A stretch of DNA of 20,000 nucleotides from positions 181,888 through 201,887 of the forward strand of contig BLSG01000090.1 in NCBI GenBank assembly GCA_012862495.1. Direction: 5' to 3'. The position numbers and the translations under genes were made by a program. Below are positions 9,770-19,331 of this stretch, one piece after another; position 1 is the first letter of the stretch, and every line of letters begins with the position of its first letter. Below the pieces are notes generated by a model, which saw nothing but the letters and a program-made list of their open reading frames with translations, made no database searches and was not told where the DNA came from. The stretch comes from Thraustochytrium aureum (taxonomy: Eukaryota).

Positions 9770-10189
9770 GTAATTGTAAACATCCATTCCCTGCATGAAC
9801 GGAAATTGACGCGCCTCCACGCAAGAGTTCCACCGCCTTCCCCGACAAGAGGGGCGCGCTTTCCACTGTGGAAAGCAACCTAGCTCAAAACTTTGCTCAA
9901 GAGTCGCGATGCACAGGTGTCTTGTGAGGGAGAGCTTCGTCGACGTGCTTGCTAGACCAGTTTTTTCGGTGTGGGAGGAGGTCGCTAGTTTTCGGACTGA
10001 GCCTCTTCGGCCGAGCAAGGAGCGTCGAGAATTGGGGAGTTTTGCAGGGCAACGCGGCGCAGGCAGACTCCGAACGCGGGAAGACCAAGCGCGCCACGCG
10101 GAGACCGTGAACGGCGCGAACCTTCAAGCACGAGCCCCCAGGAGGAGGAGGACACGGACGACGAAAGGACCGGGTGCGGGTTCGCTGGG

Positions 10190-11656
10190 ATGAGCCCTCA
10201 GGAAGGATGCGCGGCAACTCGTGCCGCCAAGGCGCTGGTGACGACGGCGAAGGCGAACGCGTGCGAGAGCGCAGAGTGCCCCGTCGTGCTGGTCTGCGGG
10301 TTCTTGGGCCCCGCGAACGACCATTGGTGCGAGTTGTATTGGGGCGAAGCGACCGCGCTCGGCACCGCGTCCTCGCCGGTGATTGTGGCCCCCGTTTCCT
10401 GCGTCGGGAGCTGCTTTGACAGGGCCTGCGAGCTGTACGCGCTCCTGCGCGGCGTCCGCGTCGACTACGGGGAGGAGCACGCCGAAAAGCACGGTCACGA
10501 TCGGTTCGGCAAGGACTTTTCTGGCGCAGCACGGTACGCGGCCTGGAGCGCAGAACGGCCAATCCACCTTGTCGGCCACAGCTTTGGCGGCAACACGGTG
10601 CGCGCATTTAGGTACCTCATCGCGACCGACTATTTCGGCCACGGGACCAGCGCGCGCTGGATTCGCAGCCTCACCACACTGAGCTCGCCCCTGCGGGGGT
10701 CGCTGCTGACGTACACGCTCGGGGCCTCTGAAGACCACGACCCCGAGCGCCCCGTGCACCGCTTTAGCCCCGGCTACCTGCTTGGCGTTGGCGTACACTT
10801 TTACGAACTCTTCTGCCGCCGCGTCGGCCTCGACAGGCTGGTGGACTTTGGCATGGGCCACTGGGGCGTAGAGCGCGGGGGCGTCTCGCTGTTTCTGCAC
10901 TCGCTCTTCGGCGGCGTCAACGGCGGCGGCACCCCGGCGGTCTGCGCGATGGACAACGCCGCACACGACATGACCTTCTTGGCAGCCGAGCAGTGGAACG
11001 CCAAGGTGCAGGCAGTCTTGGAGGCTGACCCGCACGCCTACGAGTTCAACTGCGTCGCGCGAAAGCAAGACGTGCTCAACTACGGCATGCACACGGTCAA
11101 GGCTCGCTTCGCTCGCCCAACTACGGCAGCGCCGGTCGACTGCGAGGGATGCGGCGAGGGCCTGCTGCAAAACCCGGCAGAGCGGCCATCGCTGGCCGCG
11201 AGCGCCGTCCTGGCCATCAAAGACTTTTGGGTTTCTGTTGGTGCCAAGGCCGTGCACAGCGTCGCGTTCGAGGTCATCGCGCGCAGCTACGACATCGCCG
11301 CGCACCTCGTCGGCGAATCTGACGGCCTCTGCAGCGGCATTTCCCAGTACCTCAACGAGAACTTTATCGAGGAGCGCGACCTCGTCGGCCTCGGCGCCGA
11401 GCCGCTGGCAGCGCCGCTGCAGCCCGGCCAGTACAGCGTGCTCCTCGACGCAAAGCACGACCACTTTAGCGTCGTTCCGTTCCCGGACCACGCCCACGGC
11501 CAGCGCGCCTTCTTCCAGGGTCTGTTCCGGACGCTGCGCCGACTCGCTGCGCCCACCGACAGTCATCTTCGCAAGCCGCAACCTCGCGCGGTTGAGGAGG
11601 CGTCTGGGCCGCTCTTCAGCGAGCAGCGCTTGGCCAACCCGAACGCAGCCGCCTGA
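10190..11656 (+). CDS. Triacylglycerol lipase, alpha/beta hydrolase resembling bacterial family I.5/I.6 (Geobacillus/Staphylococcus-type); start may lie further upstream
   Basis: PVVLVCGFLG, YWG, SCFDRACELYALLRGVRVDYGEEHAEKHGHDRFG, nucleophile HLVGHSFGG, SLTTLSSPLRGS, acid ESDGL and His HDHFSVV. Strongly GC3-biased codons. Confidence 0.92.
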   Translation: MSPQEGCAATRAAKALVTTAKANACESAECPVVLVCGFLGPANDHWCELYWGEATALGTASSPVIVAPVSCVGSCFDRACELYALLRGVRVDYGEEHAEKHGHDRFGKDFSGAARYAAWSAERPIHLVGHSFGGNTVRAFRYLIATDYFGHGTSARWIRSLTTLSSPLRGSLLTYTLGASEDHDPERPVHRFSPGYLLGVGVHFYELFCRRVGLDRLVDFGMGHWGVERGGVSLFLHSLFGGVNGGGTPAVCAMDNAAHDMTFLAAEQWNAKVQAVLEADPHAYEFNCVARKQDVLNYGMHTVKARFARPTTAAPVDCEGCGEGLLQNPAERPSLAASAVLAIKDFWVSVGAKAVHSVAFEVIARSYDIAAHLVGESDGLCSGISQYLNENFIEERDLVGLGAEPLAAPLQPGQYSVLLDAKHDHFSVVPFPDHAHGQRAFFQGLFRTLRRLAAPTDSHLRKPQPRAVEEASGPLFSEQRLANPNAAA

Positions 11657-11797
11657 GGGCAGGCACTGCAGCGTGCAGAGTAGAGTAGGTAGAGTGCGTG
11701 CACTGAAGAGTAAGCTAAGAGTCCCGTCCTGACTTGTCCAGGCCGGCGTGCCTCTGCCAGCGCGCCTGCCGCATCAGGTGTCGGCCGGCCCAGTGCC

Positions 11798-11887
11798 NNN
11801 NNNNNNNNNNNNNNNNNNNNNNNNNNNNNNNNNNNNNNNNNNNNNNNNNNNNNNNNNNNNNNNNNNNNNNNNNNNNNNNNNNNNNNN
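11798..11887. other. Assembly gap (90 N); both flanks share AGTGCC, so the true gap may be zero length
   Basis: Left flank ends ...cccagtgcc and right flank starts agtgcccaatg. Confidence 0.95.
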
Positions 11888-11895
11888 AGTGCCCA

Positions 11896-13740
11896 ATGCG
11901 CGCGACATCCCGCGCGCGTCGGGCGGCCGCGGCGCTCGCTGCCCTGCTCGCGCCGAGCGCCGTTGCCAATGCTCTGCCGCTCGTGTCCGAGGCGGTGGCC
12001 CGGGCCATTGGATGGCCGTGGCCAGAGGATGGCGGCGGCGCGGACGAGGTTTTTCGCGTGCGCGTCCCGCAGGAAGGCTTCGAGTGCTTCGAGAGGTGCC
12101 TCCAAGGCCGCCGCGCGCAGCACGTCGCGATGAGGACGCAGACGGACTCCGGCAGCCGCGCTGTGCTCGACTCGAGCGAGGTTGACGAGTGGACCACGGC
12201 TTTCGAGGAGGCCGAGGTGGACGACGACGAGGACGACGACGACGAGGTTGTCACCAGGGATCCCGACGGGGTGATTCGGCTCGATGCGCAAGAACGTGCG
12301 CGCAAGACGGATGCGTCACGCGTGGCGGCGATGTGGCGCTGCGAAGAGGCCTGTGGCGTCCTCGAGCGCGTCGATGTGGCCTGGCTCCTGAAAATGCTTG
12401 GCAAAGAAGACGGCCGAGCGCTGCTGCTTTGGGAGTCCCGGCACTTTGCAGACTTGGAGCACTCGCGCACTGCGCTTCGGGAGCTGGTCAAGGTCGCAGA
12501 CGGCTTAAAGGGCAGCGCGATTCCGGTATTCTTATTCGCTTATGCCGGCTGGCGGCCCGCGGCTGCGGAGATACGGGCGTGGTGGGGCGCGCAGCACGCC
12601 GCGGAGGCGCAGCGCGCATGGCAAGCGTGCCCACAATCTTTCGGGGGCTGGGGGCGCGCGACGCTTTCCCTCGTTGAGCGGGGCGCTATCACTTGGGACG
12701 TGTTCGACATCGTCCACAGCTCCAAACACTGGAATTTGCTGCACACACTCGACCTAGACGAGCACGGCTCGCTCCTGGAGGACGTCAAGCGCTTTGCAGG
12801 GCGTGAGGACCTTTGGAGCGCCTTGGAGCACTTGCGCGAGACCCACTTCCCCGACGATTTGGTCCCGCTCCAAGTGTGCCTTCGGGTCGCGCGCCTTGTG
12901 CTCGCTCCACGCGCCATGGCGGAAATGCTTGCTGGCCATGCCAAAGAGAGCGTCGACGCCTTTGCGGCTCACTGCGCCACTCTGGAAGCAGAAAACGTCG
13001 AGGCGGCTGCAGAGCATCGCGGCGACGTGGATTACGAGCGCTTTGCGCTCATGGCACAGCACATGGGCCTCGTCAAGGAGGGGGCAACTGTGTTCAGCCA
13101 CACCGTCTCGGCGTGGCGAACCGTGGTTGAGCTTGAGATAAACCAGCGCGCTGCGCTCCCTAACAAGCAGCACCGCGCGCAGGCGCCTGTGGCGATCCTG
13201 GTCTCCAAGGTTCCCGTGTACGAGGAGGGCCTTTCCGGCGACCTTGGCGTCGGCGAGCGCCATGAAGCGCTCCTTCTCTCGCTCTGTTTCGCAAACACCA
13301 GCGTCCCGGAGGGTCTCCACGGGGAGAGATACCGCGTGCGAGATCGGTCGGTTCTGGAACAGCCGCAGCTAAACTCGGACATCTTTTTCTCCCTTTTGCC
13401 ATGCGACGACATGAGCGTGGCATCGGTTCGAAACTGCCTCCGTGCCGTTCTGGCAGACGCCCGCGCGGCTGTTTGCGACCTCGACGGAGAGCACGGGGGG
13501 CCGGTTTTGCGAGTGGCCACGCTCATTTTGGGCTCTGGGCTAGCCGACGAAAGTGAGTTCGAGTTGCTCAAGGCGTTCTGGAGCGACTTGAAGCCGACAC
13601 AAGAGTTTCCCGAAGAGCACGTCTCGGAGCACTACTCTGCGGAGCAAGAACGGCGCGACCGGAAGGCCGCTCAAGCATCGGCGCGTGCGGCGGCGGCGGC
13701 GCGTGCGGAAGCAAGGAATCCCGCGAGGGACGAGCTCTAA
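11896..13740 (+). CDS. Hypothetical ER-resident protein, 614 aa (signal peptide plus C-terminal RDEL)
   Basis: Uninterrupted ORF. N-terminus MRATSRARRAAAALAALLAPSAVANA-LP looks like a signal peptide, there is an acidic tract DDDEDDDDE, and the protein ends in ...PARDEL-stop (KDEL/HDEL-type signal). No domain recognised. Confidence 0.85.
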   Translation: MRATSRARRAAAALAALLAPSAVANALPLVSEAVARAIGWPWPEDGGGADEVFRVRVPQEGFECFERCLQGRRAQHVAMRTQTDSGSRAVLDSSEVDEWTTAFEEAEVDDDEDDDDEVVTRDPDGVIRLDAQERARKTDASRVAAMWRCEEACGVLERVDVAWLLKMLGKEDGRALLLWESRHFADLEHSRTALRELVKVADGLKGSAIPVFLFAYAGWRPAAAEIRAWWGAQHAAEAQRAWQACPQSFGGWGRATLSLVERGAITWDVFDIVHSSKHWNLLHTLDLDEHGSLLEDVKRFAGREDLWSALEHLRETHFPDDLVPLQVCLRVARLVLAPRAMAEMLAGHAKESVDAFAAHCATLEAENVEAAAEHRGDVDYERFALMAQHMGLVKEGATVFSHTVSAWRTVVELEINQRAALPNKQHRAQAPVAILVSKVPVYEEGLSGDLGVGERHEALLLSLCFANTSVPEGLHGERYRVRDRSVLEQPQLNSDIFFSLLPCDDMSVASVRNCLRAVLADARAAVCDLDGEHGGPVLRVATLILGSGLADESEFELLKAFWSDLKPTQEFPEEHVSEHYSAEQERRDRKAAQASARAAAAARAEARNPARDEL

Positions 13741-13966
13741 GACGTGGCCAGCGGCGAAGCCTTGACAGCTGGAGCTGTTGTGCGCCAGCAGCCATTCTCC
13801 TGATGCTCCATGGTGGGCGTGGGTTGCCTACGAATAACTTCAACGAGCTGTAGCTCTCCTCCAAACGAAAGGTCCAGCCAGAAACGAGGCGTAGAACTCC
13901 TGACATGAGTCCCAACGTTTCTCGCAAACAGGTGTTTTGAAAGCCGGTAAACTGCGCTGTATTATG

Positions 13967-16900
13967 CTACGCCCAGCCGGTCTGGCGGGCCTGGTCCAAG
14001 TATTTTGCCTCGACAGAAGCGAGCCACGCCTCGTCATCTTCCTCATCGTCGTCCGCGCCACGGTCAACGTTCTCGCTGCTGTGCAGCTCACCATGGACGC
14101 CAGTTGCGCGACCCACGAGACGGTGGGCCGCAGGTGCAGGCGGTGTGGGCTCCCTCACGGTCGCCCGCGTTGCGCGCGCTCTCCAGTGCGCTGCAGATTC
14201 TGAAGCTCTCGTGCGGCGGGAGACAATCCTTGGAATACCGTAGGCGGTTTCCATTTCGTCCAAGAGGTTGGCCACAGCACTTGTGTCGCTGTCGGCACTT
14301 GTGTTCACAGAAACCAACATGTCGCCCGACGCGCGGCTTGTGCCGCTCGCGTTCTCAGCGACCCCACCGGCCTCCTGGTAATGGTGCGTCTCTGGCTCGC
14401 CAGCTTCGCTCGCCGCGGTGCGGACAGCTTGGGAGCTTGCGCTGGTCTGCTCTGAAGAACTGAGAGCGAGGTCGTGGTCGAAGGACGGAACCCGCAGGAG
14501 CTCGCCGCCGAGACCATGGTCCCGAGCGGCGCGCTCACCACTTGCCGCGACCACAAATTCTGTTGCTTTCATGGGCTCGACCAACTCGTCTTCGGCCAAA
14601 TCTGCGTCTGCGGCTTGTCCTGTGGCCTGCTGTCCGCCGCCCACCGCCTTGGCCCCTTCAGCAACCGCCCCAGACTGGACGTCGGCTGCTGATCCTCCTC
14701 CTCCTCTCGTCGTCGTCATCGTCGTCGTTGTCATGCTGCCCAATCCCGCGCAAGTACACGGCCGTGTGACCTTCCGATTTGTGTTCCGGCTCGGCTTGCA
14801 CCTGTGGGGGATGCGCGGAGGCGAGAAGCGGGGCGGGCAGCGGGGAGGAGAAGCGGATCTGCTGCTCCATGAGCTTTTGCAAACCGGTGATCTGCTCTTG
14901 CATGAGCGCAATCTGCTGTTGCTGCGAAGCAACAAGCCTGCTGTAGTGAGCGTCAGCATCTTCCTCGCGCCGCGGCCGCCCTGCGCTTCGTGGCGTCAAA
15001 GGCGAGGCACTACCCTCGCCTCGCCTCGCCCCTTTAGATCTGTTATCGTCGTCGTTGAGAGCCAAAGCCCCCGCAGACTCGATGGCCGGCTCCCCACAAA
15101 CGCCAGCACCACTGTTGCTGTTCCTAAACGAGTCTTTGGCTCCAGGGCCTTGCAAGCGCGAGCTTGCAAAAATAGACGAAATTCGGGTCGGCGGACCTGC
15201 GGGCCCCTCTGTGCCAAAGGTGAGCTGCGTGAAATCCTCTGCGCCGGCTGCGCCATCATCGCCTGCCCGCCTCCCCTCCAACAGCCATCGTGTAGGCGCC
15301 AAAGCCCTTGGTTGGCGTCACGCCATCTAGCAGCCGAGACTCTGCCCCAATGTCGAACAGAGACTCGCCACCCGATTCCGGTGCCGCCCACATCCCACGA
15401 GTTTCAGTGCAAGTAGAGTGCTGAAGCGTGCTATTGGCGGCGCTCATGCCCGCTCGGTCGTCGCGGAGGTAGATGGAGTCAATCACGGCATCCTGCAGCC
15501 GGTCAGGACTCGAATCGCCGAGCGCGCGCGCCAGCGCTGCACGAAAGGCTTGCCGCCTCTGCACGTCTTGGACGTGGTAAAACCTCGCGTCCACAGCGTT
15601 GGCTCCGGAACCCGAGCCGCCAGGAAACATCTTGGTCGCATCGTGGCTCACATCGACCTCGAAAGCGCACTCGAGTTGGAGGAAGGGAGTCGGGTCCACG
15701 TTGAGCTCGCGCAGTGCGGCCTGTCCTTGCTGTAGGCTAAACGTGCACTCCACAAACACCGGCAGAGCAGCGCCGCGAGGATACATGAGGACTAGAAAGG
15801 TAGACGGCGCACCTGGTGGTGCTACTTTCTCCTTGATGCGCTCGTTGTGGATGTAGCGGAGACACGCCGACCAAAGCAGCGGGTCGGCGAGCATGGCCTG
15901 CCAGTCGCCATCAGCTGCGCTGCGCCGTTGGAGCCGCTCGTCCCCGGCAGGAGGTCGCGGCAGTGCCGATCCGCGAACCCAGATGCCAACCAAGGGAACC
16001 TCTAAGGCGATCGGGTCGCCTTCGAGAAGAAATACGACCTTTCGGGCCTGGTTGAGCGTGAGAAAGCCGCAAGCGGTTGGGTCAGTGGGGTCGACGCCTT
16101 GACCGGCCCCTGCACGCGCCCAGACGTCGAGCTGTCGGGCCAGAGGCGTGCTTAGAATAGGGAGCGGAGTTACTGGTGTGAACGCGAGCGCCACAGCGGG
16201 CAATATCATCTCGATACGCACAGCAAGCCGGTTTCCCGGTAGCGGAACGCACTGCCCAAACCCGCACAGAAACTGCATCGGGTCGGCTACGCCTTTGATG
16301 CGGAGGCGTTCGAGGACAGTCGAGAGAATCCGTTCGTACTCGAGAGGGCTAAAGTCCATGGCGCGCCCCAGCGCCTTGTCGGTCCTCTCCTCGAACGGCA
16401 GGGCGCATCCTCCGCTGCCACGCTCGGCGTTGGCGCGTTCGATGTCGACGTTCGTTGGGCGCCGCCACGTTAGAGCGAGAGCCAATTCGGAGGGCCGCCT
16501 GGCCCTTGGTTTGGCCAGAAAGCTGTCGATGCAGGCAGACCAGGTTCCGCCAACCCAATCGCCAACTTCGCCTAGATCAGACCCGTGCTGGGCCCAGCCC
16601 GTCAGCATCACTGTTTCTGCGCCTTCAGGGAACCCGGGCCGGTCCGCAGATTGGTCGTTTCGTGCAGCGACTTGGTCAACACTTTGTGCAAAGAAGCCTG
16701 TCTGCGCTGCCGCATGGTGGTACAGCGAGGCGAGAGCGGCACGTCGGAAGCCCAGAATGGGTACGTGGGTCTCGGCGCCGAGCACACAGGGTTCATCGAG
16801 CCTAGTCCGGTCCCACAGGACCGATCGCAGCGGCGGAAAGCGGATGTCTTGCGCGTGGACATCCGCCTGTGGCGCGCCCCTGGGCTGTACGTGCCGGTGC

Positions 16901-17575
16901 GGTGGGTCGCTGTTCGAGGCGACCGCTGCATGGGTGCTTTCGATCCCTTGTTTGCCCGTGGGGCTAGGTTTGGTTGCATGGACATTCGCTCGACCCGATT
17001 TCCGCCTTGCGCGCTGAAGCGCGTTTCGCCCCCTGAGCGCGAGGGTTTGAGGCCTGCTTCGCTTTGACGGGTTTGGGTTGAGCGCGGGGCGGTCCATTTG
17101 CGTTTGTTGCGGCGTCCGCTCCCGAGACGAAGGACGGGGGGCGTTCTGTGGTCGCGCCAGATATGCGCTCTTCTGGCCACTGAAATACCTGCTCGGACTC
17201 CTTCTCAAGTCGCGCCATCTCGTCACGCGATGCCAGGCCGGCACCTGCCTCGCCCTTCTTGCCCTGGGCCCTGCCGCCGTGCCAATCACTTTGACTTTTC
17301 GTCATTGTGCGACTTGGTGGGCCAGGAATCCACGAAAACTGTTGCTCAGCGCCACGGGGCGCACCTGTTCGCCTGGCTTTGCCAGCGGCCGAAAGCAGCT
17401 TCGGCGCTGGGATGCGCGTCATTTCCCCGCCCGTAGGCGCTGGCTTGCTCGGCTTGGGCAGTGGCGTCCGCCGCGCTAGCATTGGCACAGGCGTCTCACT
17501 CTCCTGCTCCTCCGCGAGATGTTGTCCGTGTCCATGCGCCTGCCACGTCCCCCTCTCCTCGCGCACGACCACCAT
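13967..17575 (-). CDS. STIL: STIL (SCL/TAL1-interrupting locus; SAS-5/Ana2 family)-like centriole assembly protein, about 1200 aa, split across four frames by three +1 frame breaks
   Basis: STIL_N-like motifs IRFPPLRSVLWDRT, PLPILSTPLARQL, CGFLTLNQARKVVFLLEGDPIALEVPLVGIWVRG, LWSACLRYIHNERIKEKV and TFLVLMY..PVFVEC (about 15560-16845). Central coiled coil HYSRLVASQQQQIALMQEQITGLQKLMEQQ (about 14856-14950). C-terminal IPRI and VEAKYL. Start gccATGg at 17575 is inferred. Built from ORFs 16964..17728, 15256..17289, 14658..15302 and 13967..14959. Confidence 0.8.
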
Positions 17576-17698
17576 GGCGAAATCGCGGTCTGCGTGCGGA
17601 GCCGGCAAGAGAAGCGACAAGCGGAGGAGCGCTATACCCGCAACGGACCGGCAGAGGGGCGGATGGACGTGTATGTGCGAGCGCGAGCGCGCCGTACG

Positions 17699-17880
17699 GC
17701 TGGCTCTCTGGCTTGCTGGCTGGCCCACCTGCGCGCTGGATGAAACTCTGGCTCAACAGCTAGAGATGGCTGGCTGGCTTTAGGCTCGCGAGACAGCTGG
17801 CTGGTGTTGTCCCAAGATTGCCAGCTTCCTGGCTGCCTGCCTTCCTGCGCGCCTGCGCGCCTGCGTGCCTGCCTGCCTTC
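17699..17880. repeat. Degenerate (GGCT)n/(GCCT)n tetranucleotide-rich tract upstream of the STIL-like gene
   Basis: ggctggctggct, gctgcctgccttcctgcgcgcctgcgcgcctgcgtgcctgcctgcc. The GCCT part is the reverse complement of the GGCA repeat at 289-344. Confidence 0.7.
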
Positions 17881-18428
17881 GCACCGCGCGCTGAGCCCGA
17901 GCTCGCTCTGTTCGAGCTCTGCGGCTCCAAGGTCTCCGTTTTTTGAATTGCGTTTCGCACACAAAGCGGAGTTCCGCACAACTCGTAACGCACACCTGTG
18001 CGTTCCGAACAACGAGGCAGAACAGGTTATTTGCTTTGGTCCTTTGGGACGATGATCGGACACCACCGTGCACTGTCAGCGCGGGGTTGATGCGGGTGGC
18101 GCAATCGCGGCCGCATTGCGCGCTTGCGTGCCAGGCGTGGACGAAGGTACTCACTCGTGCACCATCGCCTCCATGCTCGACCTTTGCGGGCTGAATCAGC
18201 TCCTCGGGTCACGTTCGGGCCGGCCGTGAAGGGTGGAGTTGGGGTTGGACGTCGAAATCGCTTCGACTTGAAGGCTGCGCAGGCCTGTATCGACGAGGAC
18301 TTGGCAACGTTACGCCGGGCGAAGTGCCGCGCTCGGCAGTGCGGCCGGCCGGGCGACGCTGAGGGGATCGAGGCACAAGCGCAATCCGAGGAGTTGCTGG
18401 GGAGGAGCCTTGCAGTTGAGGTGCCGGG

Positions 18429-19331
18429 ATGGAGGTCGAGGTGAAGAAGCGCATGTTTGCAAGCGACAAGGTGTGGTGGGGCTTGTGCGGGGCATACTTT
18501 GGGTATGTGGTGCTTGGTGGCATCAACTGGCGGCTGCACAAGCACCTCTACACTGGCGATGACAGCAAGAGCGTGCTGGACAACTTGCGCAAGGGCCAGG
18601 TGGCCACGTTTCGGCCCCGGGTCTACTCCGAGTTCTTCTTCCCGGCGTTCCTCAAGTACCACAGCACGTACCGGTCGCACGTCCTGATGGCAGGCCTGTG
18701 GCTGGTGACGGGCACGTACAACCTGCGCAACCAGCCCGAGTTTCGCGGCGTTCGCGAGGGCCGCAAAGTGTATGGCGGCGCGCCGCTGCACGCGAGGCTA
18801 TCCGGGTACCTGTACGTGCTGTCAAGCGCGATCAAAGGAGTCACGGCGTCCCTGATGTCGCTGTATAGCCACTCGCTGGGCTTCGCGCGGTATCCGATGG
18901 TGCTTTTTGGCGTCTACGACGTGATCACGCTTGCGGTTGCCATGTGGCACATCCTCGCGCGCCGCAGCGTCGTCGACCATCGGCGGTGGATGATCCGCAA
19001 CTTTGCGTGCGGTTCCGGGTCCATTTGGGTTCGCGTCTTCGGGGCGATTTGGGCGGCCTGCGACCTCGAGTTCATGAAGGACCCCGACTTTTACCGCAAG
19101 ATGAACAACATCATTCTGTGTACCGGGTTCACCATGGGGCCGCTTTTCGGCGAGTGGTGGATTGCGCGCACGCGCGCCGCGCGCGAGGCGTGGACTGTTG
19201 CCATGGCCGGGACTTGCTTGGCAACGTTTGTCTGCGCTCGCATTGTCACGGAGGAGCAGCGCGCCGCCAGCACAGCGCGGGCCGCGGAGGACGCGGCTCG
19301 GGCCAGCAAGCTCGCAGCCATCTCTAGCTAG
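18429..19331 (+). CDS. DUF2306-like multi-pass membrane protein, 300 aa
   Basis: Several hydrophobic helices with the His pattern SHVLMAGLWLVTG, LHARLSGYLYV and DHRRWMIRNFA, typical of DUF2306 as I recall it. Strong GC3 bias. Confidence 0.8.
   Translation: MEVEVKKRMFASDKVWWGLCGAYFGYVVLGGINWRLHKHLYTGDDSKSVLDNLRKGQVATFRPRVYSEFFFPAFLKYHSTYRSHVLMAGLWLVTGTYNLRNQPEFRGVREGRKVYGGAPLHARLSGYLYVLSSAIKGVTASLMSLYSHSLGFARYPMVLFGVYDVITLAVAMWHILARRSVVDHRRWMIRNFACGSGSIWVRVFGAIWAACDLEFMKDPDFYRKMNNIILCTGFTMGPLFGEWWIARTRAAREAWTVAMAGTCLATFVCARIVTEEQRAASTARAAEDAARASKLAAISS

Noticed and set aside
8871..10018. ORFs spanning the 9089-9769 gap
   Set aside because: Almost entirely X, and the flanks look non-coding.
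10124..11581. 485-aa minus-strand ORF
   Set aside because: It is the antisense shadow of the GC3-rich lipase CDS and has no motifs of its own.
14418..17017. Plus-strand ORFs 14418..15416 and 16148..17017
   Set aside because: Antisense shadows of the STIL-like gene.
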